Shown piece after piece: positions 23,899 to 36,217 of a stretch of DNA of 64,000 bases (positions within the stretch are counted from its first letter, which is position 1; every line of letters begins with the position of its first letter). The position numbers were made by a program, and so were the translations under genes. This DNA comes from Podarcis tiliguerta (taxonomy: Eukaryota): assembly GCA_965153285.1 (NCBI GenBank), contig OZ229116.1. The stretch is one strand, 5' to 3'. A model generated the notes under the pieces. The model worked only from the letters and a program-made list of their open reading frames with translations. It was not told where the DNA came from and made no database searches.

Positions 23899-26800
23899 TG
23901 CTACAGAAACTTGCAGGAAATGGAGGTGGGCAGCATCCCAACATGAAAAGGCTAAAAAAGGAAAGGAAGCCAAACGGGTGCTGATTTGGGGAGGAATTTT
24001 TTTTATGTGCGCTGTGCTCAAGACAATTGCAAAGTATAGTGTTTCTGGGCTAAAGTAAATAAATAAATTTGCACTGCCTTGTTCCAAAAACAAATTAAGA
24101 GCATGAAGCCCACTAAGGGAACCAGTCTAACTCCCTCCTGGAAGGGGAGGAGCCGCCACATCTAAAGCACCTGCCTCTCATGCTGTCCTCGGTGAAAAGT
24201 GAGGGCAATTTATCCCCCAGCTCTGCTATAGCAGAAAGGCCCAAATTAGAATCACTGCTGGTACCTGGGCTGGTTTTGAATCCAGCAAATCCTTGGCTGA
24301 CACAGCTCCATTCCTTTCTCACCCCTCCCTTCCCCAGAAAGGTCCCATTTCAGGAGTTTCTACTAGTTACCACTGGCAGGGATACCAGAGGTAGTAGAGT
24401 CTGCCTGCCTGTGCTTTCAGCAGGTCCCAGGGGAACATCTGTGGTGGTGAAGGATGCTGCCAGCGGAGCCAAGCAGAGGGACACTTCTGCCACATCCATA
24501 CTCTTTCCATCACAGTGGGCCAGGTTTGGGGGGCTGGATTGCTTTGTAAGGCTGCAATTGAACTTGAACCCAATGGAGCTTAGGCAGACGGCTGTAATGT
24601 AAACAAGCTTTTGCAGCTTGCTTCATTGGAATAATTCAGTGCAAATTCTTTTTGTCCCTGAGAAAATCTATGTATTAAACTGCATTAAGCACATCACATA
24701 TCACTACAGAAAGGTGTAAACTTGGTTTGAACATCAAAGTGGGACACAAAACGCGAATGTGTCCACCACTGGCAATGCTTGCTGAACAATAACGCTTCCA
24801 AGTCTCTGACAAGCTATTTATCACTTGTACACAGCCGATCTCGGCTTGGTGAGTTGCCAGCAATACCACCTCCCAGTTATCACAGAACAAAGCCAAATCA
24901 GTGATCAGCTGAGTAGAGAGAAATGAGTTGCTTTGGAAAACTTGTGACAAAGAGTCACAGATTATTAAATATATCTCTTAGCATATTTGAATACATTTGT
25001 CTCCCCTTTAGGAAAATGGGGCAGAAGATAACACTAGACTAGCACTGCTAAAAAATATAGTTATCTTATAATGTCATATAGCTAGAAGAGCATCCTTGCT
25101 AAACTCTTAGTATGCAACCATTTTTGGCTACATCACACTTGGATTCACTTGGTGAAGCTAGCCAGAGGATGGCAGTCTTAGCAGGCAATCCCCAAACAGC
25201 AATGAATAGGATTTTTTATGCCGGTTTCAAGAATAGTGGTGGATGGGCAAGCAATATAGGGTTGGAACAAAAGTCTTAACATGGACTTTTGTGACAATAG
25301 TTACCTTATTATACAAGCAACAGGTAATTGAACATAGCAGTAGTATGTTTTTAAACATGCCTTAGGTACTCACAGGTACTCTGCCTTTCCTTCTCCCTCT
25401 TGTTGCTGTGTTTCTTCCTGTAGTGTGAGGGTTGTTTTCCATGTCCTTTCCTTTCCTTTCCAAGCTTACTGTGACCAAATACTGGAAATGCTGTTACCAA
25501 AACTATGCATTAGCCAGGACACAAAGTTTATGCCATAATAAAAATCTGTTAGTCTTTAAAGTGCCGCTGTTTTTTTAACCTGTAATTTGAGTTTGCTTTT
25601 GAAGTACAAACAATGACTTATGTGATGTTGTAGAACCATAATGAACATGGAGTGGTAATGTGATGTCAGATGTTGTTGTTCCATAAGATAGAAAGGAACA
25701 CTCTATCACAGGGTAGCCAACATGGTGCCCTCCGCATGTTGCTGGACTAGAGTTCCCATAATCTCTGACCACTGACAATACCGACAGGGGTGGATGGGAG
25801 TTGGAGTCCAACAACGTCACTTGAGCATCACATTCGCTACCCTGGACTAAGTGTAGAACATATAGTTGCTTACAGGCTATCTAGATGGGATGCTATCTTT
25901 AGTAAAGCTTCGGTTCTTAAACCCATTTTAGGAAGAGGACACAATGTATCTTACCCTTTATGTATGAAAATACACTTTCTCCACTATCCAAAAATAGGTT
26001 CATGCTCTTGAGCTTGCCTCAAAGGCATCCTCTTGTGTTAATGATCATTTGTGTGTGTGGCACAAATGGAATTACTCCTAACAACATATGTGAGGTCAGA
26101 TTCAGATAAGCTTAGAACATTTTTGTATCCAGTAGCAAAGGGCTTCCAAATTATTGCTTAATGGACGTAGCTTGGGAGACAAAAGGTTGCATCCAACTAA
26201 GTTTTATTCAGGATAGACCCAATAAAATAAATGGACCTAAGCTAAGTCATGTTCATTGATTTCAATGTCTATTCTGAGTATAGCTAACACAGGATACAAT
26301 CCAAAGTCTTGACACATAAGTAGACTGAAGCCAGTACTAGCCAATGGGAAGGGACGTCAACATGTAGCTCATATGGTACACCAGCAGGGCTCTGAAGATA
26401 GGAAAGGTTTATTACATATGAAAAGAGCATATTTTAGCTTTGGATCCTTCCACCTATAGCTCATGATAGAACAGTCATGGTAGCCAACAAGTGTTTTCCC
26501 TGGGTAAGGATTATGAATGAAACTAGGATTTCATTGAAATCAGTGACCAACCTCCCATTTTCAACCGAAGCCCAAGGTTTCGTTTAGCCTTTGGTTTTGT
26601 TCTTTATATGGTTGTCATTATGAAGACAGATCAAATAGGGCAGCATGGTGTTAAAAAAGTACAGAAATTACAGAGCAATGTCTTTTAAAAGCTAGTTAGC
26701 ATTTAGTCTCAGTCAATGGGAATATCTATCAATAAAACAAGAGACATAAACAAAGGAGGTTCATAAAATAAAATGGAGGTCATTGAAAAGGATTAAGCAG

Positions 26801-27160
26801 AATGCCACATAATTAACTTAAATCATATGCAGAAATATAATTACCTGGACAGCCATGAAGAACAAATGCATATTTTGAGACCTAATGACCAGACATTGTT
26901 TTTTGTTTTTTAAGAAATGACATTTAACTGCATTATTAATTCTTAAGAGAAATATCTGGAGATACTGTATTTAAAAACAAAGGCAAGTATTAAAAAGGGT
27001 CTAAGAATTGGAAAAAAATAAAGATGACTTTTGCTGTGCTTGGTATTTGGTCCAAAAGACACATATTAAATACATGATGGTGACATTTCCTTACAAAAGT
27101 AAAACCTGAGGGCGACAGGATAAGGCCCAGTTTTCTCTTTGAAAGCTGTTGCAGCCAAAT

Positions 27161-27220
27161 AGAAAAAAGAAAGGAAAAGGAAAAGGAAAAAGGAAAAAAG
27201 GAAAGGAAATTAAAGGAAAA
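27161..27220. repeat. Degenerate (GGAAAA)n purine tract
   Basis: Direct reading. Confidence 0.8.
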
Positions 27221-28099
27221 TTTCCTTTAAGAAAGCATATGAGAAATTTTGAATTCTGCTCAGCTATATTAGAAATTATTCTGTTGAAGGTAACATGAAT
27301 TTTAAGTGGTCTGTACTGAGTAAAATCAGTGTAAGTGGGTAAGGTTTTATGTTGAAGAACTCTCCCCCCCCCAAATTAGAATATTGTTTTTATTAGAAAA
27401 TTAAAATTATTAAGCTTATTAGGTCCAATATTGTTTTGTGATTTGAAAATATTTTAATGCATTTAACAGCTTCTTTAAATTTGCAGAAGTGATTATTCTA
27501 CTAAAATTATTGGAATTTGGGTAAAAGGTACACAATTTGGAAAGTTCCGTTCACATGCTGTTTTATCTTATTGCAGGAGAGCTTTTATCCTATTGATTAA
27601 CATAGAATGCATGTGATGGAAGAGCATGAAGAGGAAGAAATCCACAGAAGTTTCAAATTATTTTGTTAACTTGTTAATTAATTGCAATAATTAGATATGA
27701 AAAACCCGAAAGAGCAAAACTGCCCACAGCAAAGTCTGTATAAAACACCACATTTGCAAAATTGAAGCAGAGGCTGGGCACAATGAAAAGATTGTCTACT
27801 CTGAGTTTTCCAACTTTGCTCATAAAGCAGCGATCCTTGTCTGTTGACAAGAAAGAGTAATCATGTTGGTATTCTGAAATTAATAAGTTATCTAAAATTG
27901 GGGCGCCTAGTAGTAAAGAAGTGGTGGACAAAAGCCACAGCACTCCTAAAGAGATTTTAGAAGCAAACTTACAACCACAAAAACTTCATTTAAAAAAAAT
28001 AAGATATTAACAATAGTGCATACAGCAATTGTAACTGTAATACAAACTTTTGAACTTTTAAATATAAAATAATCATTTTTTCATGGCCATTTGGCACAT

Positions 28100-28125
28100 T
28101 TTATTGCCATAGAAATAATTTTATT
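28100..28125 (-). terminator. Candidate proximal KCNB2 poly(A) signals (two AATAAA)
   Basis: TTTATT at 28100-28105 and 28120-28125, about 0.87 kb past the stop, in AU-rich UTR-like sequence. Confidence 0.5.
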
Positions 28126-28986
28126 ATGTAACGTAATGGTGTCCTTGTCTTTGTTTTGATTTTGGCAGTTCTTATATCAAGTTTTCAATTTCTGGTCATT
28201 AAATCTTGCACAGTCTAAACAGAATTTTACTCAAAACTTGCAAATTTATCCGTGAAATCTATGCAAATTAAAATAATTTGAGCTATGATTTACTTCACAG
28301 ATAGATGAGAAAACACTGTCATTTACTTAAACAAACAGCTTATACTTTATGAGCTTTTAAACAGAAAGCAAGATAGGTGAGATGCTTTAAGAAGAAGTTG
28401 CAATTTTGCAACATAAGTCTGTACAAATCCTCCAGGCAGCAAACTGTGAAGGAAGTACCTGTGTCCCGGGAAACGTATTTTCCACATATCCTTGATAACT
28501 GTAGATCTCCCCACAAACCCAAACTATTTACAAATGTATGCATTTTGCAGGCTCAAAGCACCTTGTTTCACACCATTATGAACACATGCATCAGCATTTC
28601 ATCCTTTCATGTGCAAATTCCCAAAATTCATTATAACCAAGAGCAAAAAAAGTTAAAATATTTTTTTAAAAAAAGACTTATCTACAATCATTAGTGAAAG
28701 GACCAAAAATGTCAGACGTTGCAGAATATGGGCTCCTAAAAGAGCTCTTTATTTTACTCACTGTTCTTGCATCATTTTTTTAACTGATTTTTTCTCCTTT
28801 TTTGTTACAAAAAAAGCAGATTTCCACTTTTAAATTAAACAGTACTTAAACTAATCAACTCTTCATGCCATGCAAAAATAACTTTTTTTTTTTTTTACTT
28901 CTGAGGCTTCCCATGTTTTAGTTCATAGGCATTACTAATTGTGGTTTTAAGAAATCAGTTTTTGTCATTATTGCTCTCCTGACTAG

Positions 28987-31158
28987 TCACATGCTGGTTT
29001 CCCGTGTGGGACAGTAGCCAGTTTCTCCAGGATTTGTATGGATTTCTGGGGGAAACAAGTGGTTTTCCATTTTGTGACCTTCTTGGCTATTGTCCCCTTT
29101 TACATCCCCCCCGACACTGTAAATGTCTTGTGTACAGTTTTGCCCCAAGATTTTGGGGGAAGAAGAGGTGACTCGAGGCTCTTCTGTTAAATGGTTCCCA
29201 TCTTTGTGTTTTTCCCCGTAGCAGTTTGTCTTGATATCCTGCTCTCTGTCATGTCTTGTCATTCCAGGAATCTCCATGAAGTCGTCTTCTTCTCCAGTGT
29301 CCATTTCGGTGAAGCTTCTCCTCTCTTTGGAAGGGAAAGTAAAAAGCTTTTGTTTTGGAAACAGAGAAGGGGATGATTTCTTAGGAATGCTCTGGCAAAC
29401 CATGGAGGCATCAGCACCCAGCAAGGGCCTGTCGCCGTGTGGTGAATTCTCTTCTAAGAGAATGGTGCTGATATGCTGAGGAGGGGTGGATTGCATGAAA
29501 TCTGCCGCCGTTGTTACTGGAAGTGGCCTTGCAGTGCTTGGGGGCGTTGGTGGAGCGCCACCTCTGTTTTCCTTAAAATTAACCTTAAGGGACCTTGCTT
29601 TTAATGGATTGCTTCCTTTGAGAGAACTTTTGGGACTTAACATGGAGCTGTCAAAGTGCAAAGGGCCATGAAGCAGAGACTGGGAGCCAGCGTCATCCAT
29701 GTTCATGGCTGTATCAACTGGGGAGTACTCAAAGGTGACGTCTCTGGGGGCAAACATTTTATCCTTGGTGTGTGATAAAAACTGAGAACTCTTTGCTCTT
29801 TGGTCTTCCAAATGGACAGGGTCAGGTGGGAACCTTAGTTGCAGGTGAGAACCAGAGTATGGGGGCAAGGGAGACCGATCTGTCTCAGTGAAATCGGTTG
29901 CACAGCTGGCAAAGCTATCAATGCTGGAAATGCTTCTCATGTCCGTCACTATGTCTCTTTGCCCTGACATGGATGGTTCTCCTTGCCCAACAACCTCTTC
30001 CATTTCAATTTCCTCCTCATATAAGGGAGGTTTCGCTGACGGGCCTTGGTAGTTGGCATTGAGATTAGGCTGAGACTGAGTTTTAGTAATTTCATTGTAT
30101 AACATTTCGAGTTTCTGAGCACTCAAGTGTTGGGGGCTGGAAGCTGTGACAATATTGTTGAGCTTTTCGTTGGTATCTTGCTGGCTCACTTCCTGATATT
30201 TATTCTCCAAGGACTTATTAGAACTTGTTTCAGACATTGTCCTTCTGGCCCATTTCCACCGGCTTGGAGATAAGTGGTTATCGTCAGGGGTTTCCTTGGA
30301 GTTGGCTGCTTCCTCAGTCTTACCGGAATCCACGGCTACATCAATCAGTTCCATGCTGCGGGCAAAGGCATCTTTTAGATTCATTGAGACAATGCTTCCA
30401 TTTCTTTTTGCTCGCTCAAGTGCCTCCCTTCGTTTAATGGCTTTCTCCTGCCGTTTTTGCTCCTTATAAAACTCAGAGAAATTGTTGACTATGATGGGAA
30501 TAGGTAGAGCAATTACCAGCACTCCAGCAATGCAACACAACCCTCCAACAATTTTACCTAGTAAAGTCTTAGGATATATATCACCATAGCCTACTGTAGT
30601 CATAGTGATGGTGGCCCACCAAAATGATGCAGGGATACTAGTAAACTTTGTAGCATCTTCGTCTTTCTCAGCAAAAAATACAAGACTGGAAAATATCATG
30701 ATACCCATTGCTAAAAATAATATCAATAAACCCAATTCATTGTAACTCCTCCTGAGTGTGAATCCTAAAGACTGAAGGCCTGTTGAGTGTCTGGCAAGTT
30801 TAAGGATCCTGAGTATCCTCATAATACGGAATATCTGAACAACACGGCGGACATTTTGGAACTGCAGCACACTTTTGTTGGATTCTGTGAGGAAAATGGT
30901 GACATAGTAGGGTAAAATGGCCAGCAAGTCAATCACATTTAATGGACCTTTGAAGAACTTCCACTTGTTTGGAGATGACAGGAAACGCAAAAGGTACTCC
31001 ATAGTGAACCAAGCTATACACACAGCTTCTACATGTGCTAGCTGGGGGTTGTCATTTAGTTGTCCAAATTCATCAATTACTTGAAGCTCAGGTAGAGTGT
31101 TGAGTGACAAAGCAATGGTGGACAGCACAATGAACAAAATAGATACAATGGCCAAAAT
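28987..31158 (-). CDS. KCNB2: KCNB2 (Kv2.2 voltage-gated K+ channel) terminal coding exon, S1-S6 plus long C-terminus, 723 aa
   Basis: Acceptor tttgttttacag|ATT TTG GCC, so the first 13 aa of the ORF-track entry are intronic. S4 [21 protein letters not shown], pore TVGYG (30583-30597), PIP hinge in S6, [12 protein letters not shown] motif [13 protein letters not shown]-terminus RETSM. Adjacent to TERF1 as in mammals. Confidence 0.97.
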   Translation of the reverse strand: MLAIVSILFIVLSTIALSLNTLPELQVIDEFGQLNDNPQLAHVEAVCIAWFTMEYLLRFLSSPNKWKFFKGPLNVIDLLAILPYYVTIFLTESNKSVLQFQNVRRVVQIFRIMRILRILKLARHSTGLQSLGFTLRRSYNELGLLILFLAMGIMIFSSLVFFAEKDEDATKFTSIPASFWWATITMTTVGYGDIYPKTLLGKIVGGLCCIAGVLVIALPIPIIVNNFSEFYKEQKRQEKAIKRREALERAKRNGSIVSMNLKDAFARSMELIDVAVDSGKTEEAANSKETPDDNHLSPSRWKWARRTMSETSSNKSLENKYQEVSQQDTNEKLNNIVTASSPQHLSAQKLEMLYNEITKTQSQPNLNANYQGPSAKPPLYEEEIEMEEVVGQGEPSMSGQRDIVTDMRSISSIDSFASCATDFTETDRSPLPPYSGSHLQLRFPPDPVHLEDQRAKSSQFLSHTKDKMFAPRDVTFEYSPVDTAMNMDDAGSQSLLHGPLHFDSSMLSPKSSLKGSNPLKARSLKVNFKENRGGAPPTPPSTARPLPVTTAADFMQSTPPQHISTILLEENSPHGDRPLLGADASMVCQSIPKKSSPSLFPKQKLFTFPSKERRSFTEMDTGEEDDFMEIPGMTRHDREQDIKTNCYGEKHKDGNHLTEEPRVTSSSPKILGQNCTQDIYSVGGDVKGDNSQEGHKMENHLFPPEIHTNPGETGYCPTRETSM

Positions 31159-33794
31159 CTGTAAAACAAAAATAAGCAAAAACAATGTGGTTAGCAAATC
31201 ATAATGGATATTTGAAGGTCATCATATTCATGTCACTGCAATTAGACAAGATCTGCTATACCCAGTCACCCTGATTAGTTCATGCAAGATCCGGGATGAG
31301 GAATCTCTGGGACTTCAGATGCTGCTGGACTACAGTTCCCATAATCCCTGACTACTGGCCATGATGGCTAGTGCTGATGGGAGTTGGAGAACAACAACTG
31401 GGGCTGGATCAAAACTTCACCCTCTGCAAACAGAAGAGCTCCTTCTGCCCACACTGGCCTTTTGATGGAGAAATATCACTGGTGGAAGTGGGTGACCAAG
31501 GCAACTAACGCCAATTTCCCTTTTCCTATGCAGCTCCCAGTGTTCTGGAGGGTCCTCCAACCTGTCACATAATATTTTCATAGGACCTTGTGGTCTAGGA
31601 GGGAAATCAGCAAAAGAATCCAACTTCTGTCTGCTCAGAGGATGCTTCCATCAGTGGGAGTGGAGTTTGGGTTCAAGTCATACTGACTTTGGCAAAAATC
31701 CACCAACTTCAAACATATGTATAAATCAGACCATATTCTTAAGATGAACAATCATTAACATTTGTCAAATTAGGGAAATATATGTGATGGCATAGTTGTA
31801 GATATTTTGTGGGTGTGTAAACACGTACACACAACACACACACACACTTATCTCTCATTCAAGAAGTGTACATGATTTCCCCCTTCTTCATTTTATCATC
31901 ACAATAACCCTGTGAGGTAGGTTAAGCTGAGAGGCAGTGACCAGCCCAAGGGTGCCCAGTGAGTTTCATAGCTGAGTGGGAATTTGAATCCTGGCCTCTC
32001 ATGCTGTAGTTCAACACTTTAACCACCATACAGCTCCACTGGGGCATTGCAGTTGACCTAGTGAGACAGAGCACTTGGATATAGTGCCCCAGGATTGGAC
32101 ATTACAGTGAGGCCAATAGCCTAACCGCAATGTTCCATTCCATAAAGTTTTAACATTTCAGATGCTAGCTATTGTGTACAATAGACAGATGTTCCGAGAA
32201 ATGTTCTATCAGCTAACATATTCCACAGTCTTTAAATCATTTTCAGTTACAGCATAAGAAGTATAGAGGTGGGGGAAGAGAAAGAAGCTCAACATCCTTT
32301 AGCATTTCACTTTTTATCACTTAGTTCAATTATTTGAAAGCTGAAAGAAAATGGACAGCCTTAAGATTACGTGAGAAAATGTTACGGTCAATGAATTTAC
32401 CGAAGTGCAGCATTTGGAAATGCAATTTCTCCCCTTCAGATAAAACAGTAATTTTCTGTTTTCCGTGAAAAGTACCAAAGCAAACTGTGTTCTGCCTTGA
32501 ATTTCAGTTTGGACTCATGAAGTACCAAAAAATACATATCGTTTTATACATATTTTTGGGAAATTGGTCATTTTAAGCTATCTTGTTTCCAATGACACAT
32601 AGGTGCAAGCAAGTGCCCACGTACATTGGCTGCGGTCTCAGGCATACTCATCTGGGAGTATGTCCAATAGAGCTCAGTGGAGCTTATCTCTGAGTAGACA
32701 GGATTGTACTATAGGTTAGTTGAACTTAACACCCATCGCAATAAACGGGTCTTAAGTCATGACTAATTTGTCCCATTGATTTCAATGGGACCTTAGTTCA
32801 ACTTGTGGGAAATTGCAGTCAAACAGGCTTGCAGGCTTTCCATACGCATCTGGTTGGCCATTGTAAGAAAAGGATGCTGGACTAGATTAGCTTTTGCTCT
32901 GATCCAGCAGGGATCCAATTTAATAAGCGTTCATGTAGCAAGAGCCAGAAGTGTTCCCTCCCTGTGAAAAAAAAGTTAGAAAAGCCCCACAGCTATCAGG
33001 GTTGGGGGAGCTCTGAGTACAGTATTGTTGATGTCTCGCACAGCAGCTTCACTGTATTAATGTTACACTGCAAGGCAGCTCTCTTTCAAAATATGATTGT
33101 TCTTATTTTCTCCAGTTTTAGTGGCTTGCAATCTATCTTTCCCATTTAAAGAAGGCAACAAAATATGTTTCCACTATTTCCCTTGGATTATTTAATGTCA
33201 GGAGAAATATTGGTTAATTTTACTTTTTTGTTTTACTAGGAGATTCTGCATGCAGATGAGACATCTCTTCTGTTGTGAGTTACGTTTCATTCCCCATACA
33301 AGACAGCAAAGTACGGACAGTGTTAGGAATATTTCCAGATACAACTCTGTCTTTGTGAAGTAATTTGTGAATGAATAAAACCCCTTTCTTTCTCCGTAGT
33401 GTTAAATATTTAGTACATCTCAGTAATCTCTGTTGGTACATCTCCAATTTTTAACTGGCATTAAAAGCTGGCTTTGTTCCTGTGCACCTAATTTGCTTCT
33501 TCATCACATCCATCACTATAACAGAACAATTTGAACATCATTATATAGAACGGGAACAGGAAGAATGGAAATATAAAAGATGTAGTACAACAGAAATTCC
33601 TCCATCTCTTTCACCTATGCAAGAATTTTCAAGATATAATCAAATTTAAGTCACTATGATTAAAACACAGTCAATGTAATGAGCTGGGAAAATGAAGTTC
33701 AAACTCAAATATAGCAAGTACAAATCAGCTACTGTTCCCCTGCCCCCCAAAGAACAGAATTCTTCCTGATCAACTAACCTATATGTCCCTCCCC

Positions 33795-34332
33795 CATTGT
33801 TTATATCCTGCCTTTCCTCAGAGGAGCTCAAGGTGGAATACATGACTCTCCTCTTCTCCATATTTTGCTCACAACGACCCTATGAGGTAGGTTAGGCTGG
33901 TCAAGGCCATCTGGTGAGTTTCATTGCTGAGTAAGGATGTGATCCATGGTCTCTCAGGCAGTGGCGTAGCGTGGGTTGTCAGCACCCGGGGCAAGGCAAG
34001 TAATTTGCGCCCCCTAACCCGGGGCAAGGCAAGTAATTTGCGCCCCCCCGCTGCACTCCCTCCCCCAGATAGTCCCTCGCTCTCTCTCCGCACCGCACCG
34101 CACGCCTGGCACCCTCCCCTCCACAGTGGGCGGCGACCCGGCGGCTCGGATCGGATTTGCACAGCCAGCACTGCAGTGAGAGAGAGTGAGTGAGCCAGGT
34201 AGGGGCAGAGAGCTGCGAGTGCGAGCGCGCCCCTCCCAGATGTTGCGCCCGGTGCGGCCGGCCCCCCCTGCACCCCCACGCTATGCCACTGCTCTCAGGT
34301 CCTAGTTCAACACCCTAACCATCACACCACAC
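33795..34332 (-). mobile_element. CORE/MIR-like SINE interrupted by the hAT MITE
   Basis: Both flanks of 33959-34291 are collinear with the 39833-40033 copy. Confidence 0.75.
33959..34291. mobile_element. Young non-autonomous hAT element (MITE)
   Basis: TIRs CAGTGGCGTAGCGTGGG / CCCACGCTATGCCACTG. Perfect 8-bp TSD CTCTCAGG (33951-33958, 34292-34299). CpG-rich interior. Confidence 0.9.
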
Positions 34333-36098
34333 ATCACTGTACAAGCTCCTTTACAGAACAACAAAAATGGGTTTGTCTCATATCAAAAGCTGTAATCTCT
34401 CCCAGTATAAACACAGCTGTGTACACAAAAAGGGATCATCCCATGTCACAATAGTGTTCTCTTCCCTCCTCCTTGGTACGTGCACATGGGGGTATACTGA
34501 CTGCTGTACACCAAGAGTTATCGAAAATAGTACATCTTGGCTGATGAAAATGTACCACTCATTAACTGTCACATCAAAGAAAGCTCAACAGCTGTGGTGG
34601 ATCCCCCAAATCCTGGCAATGCCCATGACTACAACTCCCATCATCCTCAACCATTGACCAATGATCATGGGTGATGAGAGGGGTAGTCCACAACATGTGA
34701 AGGATGCCATGTTGTCTACCACCTTGCTGAAGCTATGAAGGTTTGGTGCTGGCCACTACCTGGATAGGAGACCACCTAAGAACGCATGTATGCTGCCTTG
34801 GGTTCTGTGGCAGGAGAAATGTGGGCTATAAAAGTTAGAAAATAAAAATAGAATTCAGATATATCCACTGACTTTTTTAAAAAAAGTTTTGATCCTGCTT
34901 TTTGTTAGTTTCATAAACCTAGTGGCATATTTGTAAGTAAGCAATACACTGTGTAGCTTTCCCTTGCTATTTTGTCAACTTATGGCAGCAGGATTATGAA
35001 CAATGGAAGTATGCATCATCAATATTATGGTGAAATATTAAGTCAGATGAGGTAATTTTTATTTTGTTGAAGAATGGGAGGCTGTCTAGACATAAAATCA
35101 ATGGCATTATGATAAATGAACAGGAGGTACTTAATGTGCAAGATAAGTCATCTCACTTGAACAACTTGGGAACCATGCTAAAGCCTATTAAGTTCAATGT
35201 GTGCTTCTCCAGTAGCTTTATTAGGACTTGATGCCAAATGCCATAGCAACAATTGAAAATTAGATGCTAAATACCACACTGGCAACAGGAAATTAGTAAA
35301 ATGCAAGCTTAAAAACATCACATAAATAATTTAAAAAGAGCACTGGGCATAATATATGAAATAAATTATTATGAGCAATTACAAGCAGTCACCCCCTCCA
35401 TTTTTAATATAATATTTGCTGATTTTTTTTTTAAATAAAAAAGCTGTAGTGTTATAAGCTTTGTGACAGGCAACCATTGCCAGCTATAGATTGGTGATAA
35501 AATAATGTGCATTCTTAACTTTTGGTTGATAGGTTGTTGCCTAAAGAAAAAGTTGTCTCAAACCATTCGGTTGTAGTGAATGTTAATCCTAGGCCCACTG
35601 TAATTAAAGTGCATGACTAAATTAGGCCCCTCAGTTCAATGGGTCTACTCTAAGTAGGACCAACACTGGAGACAACCTAATGGTCCCAATCCACTGGAAG
35701 TTTGTTGTGCATAATTGATTTCTAAGGGAGTGAAGTATGATTGCAGAGCTCTGAGGAAAACTTTGTGCAGTAGTGTGATTTTGATTATGTGTGACGAGGT
35801 CTTGTTTGTTTGTTTAGATCCATTATAGAATTTGTACAGCTGTAAACTGCTCCCAAATATGAGGAAATATTGATAATGCTGCAGAGGTACATGATGTTTT
35901 TGTACCCCTGCCCCCCCCAAAAAACCATAGAACTGTTTCCCCATACCAGTTCACTATTATTTTGTTCTGCATAGGGAGGTTTAGGGGCCACCACCTAAAT
36001 ATGATAGATGCATGAATATTCTGCATCATTGGACTTAATACACCCAGAATGATTATTGGCTTTTGTGGAGTTTAGAAAGATTCCAAAGTTCAGTCTAC

Positions 36099-36217
36099 AT
36101 TTTGATAAGTAAATGCAAAAACTGTGAGCTTGTCCACAAACATGGTGCTGAATAAGTAAGTATTTTGATAAGTAAATGCAAAAACTGTGAGCTTGTCCAC
36201 AAACATCGTGCTGAATA
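36099..36217. repeat. 56-bp tandem duplication
   Basis: 36099-36154 and 36162-36217, one mismatch, 7-bp spacer. Confidence 0.9.

Noticed and set aside
24180-24602. 140-aa plus-strand ORF
   Set aside because: No recognisable homology or splice context, and it lies in probable UTR or intergenic sequence.
31159-31197. N-terminal [13 protein letters not shown] of the 736-aa ORF as the true KCNB2 start
   Set aside because: It is the polypyrimidine tract and acceptor (tttgttttacag) read through in frame. The T1 domain is missing, so an upstream exon must exist.
33984-34047. Direct repeats here and at 36099-36217 as CRISPR-like arrays
   Set aside because: Only two units each, no unique spacers, vertebrate context and no cas genes.
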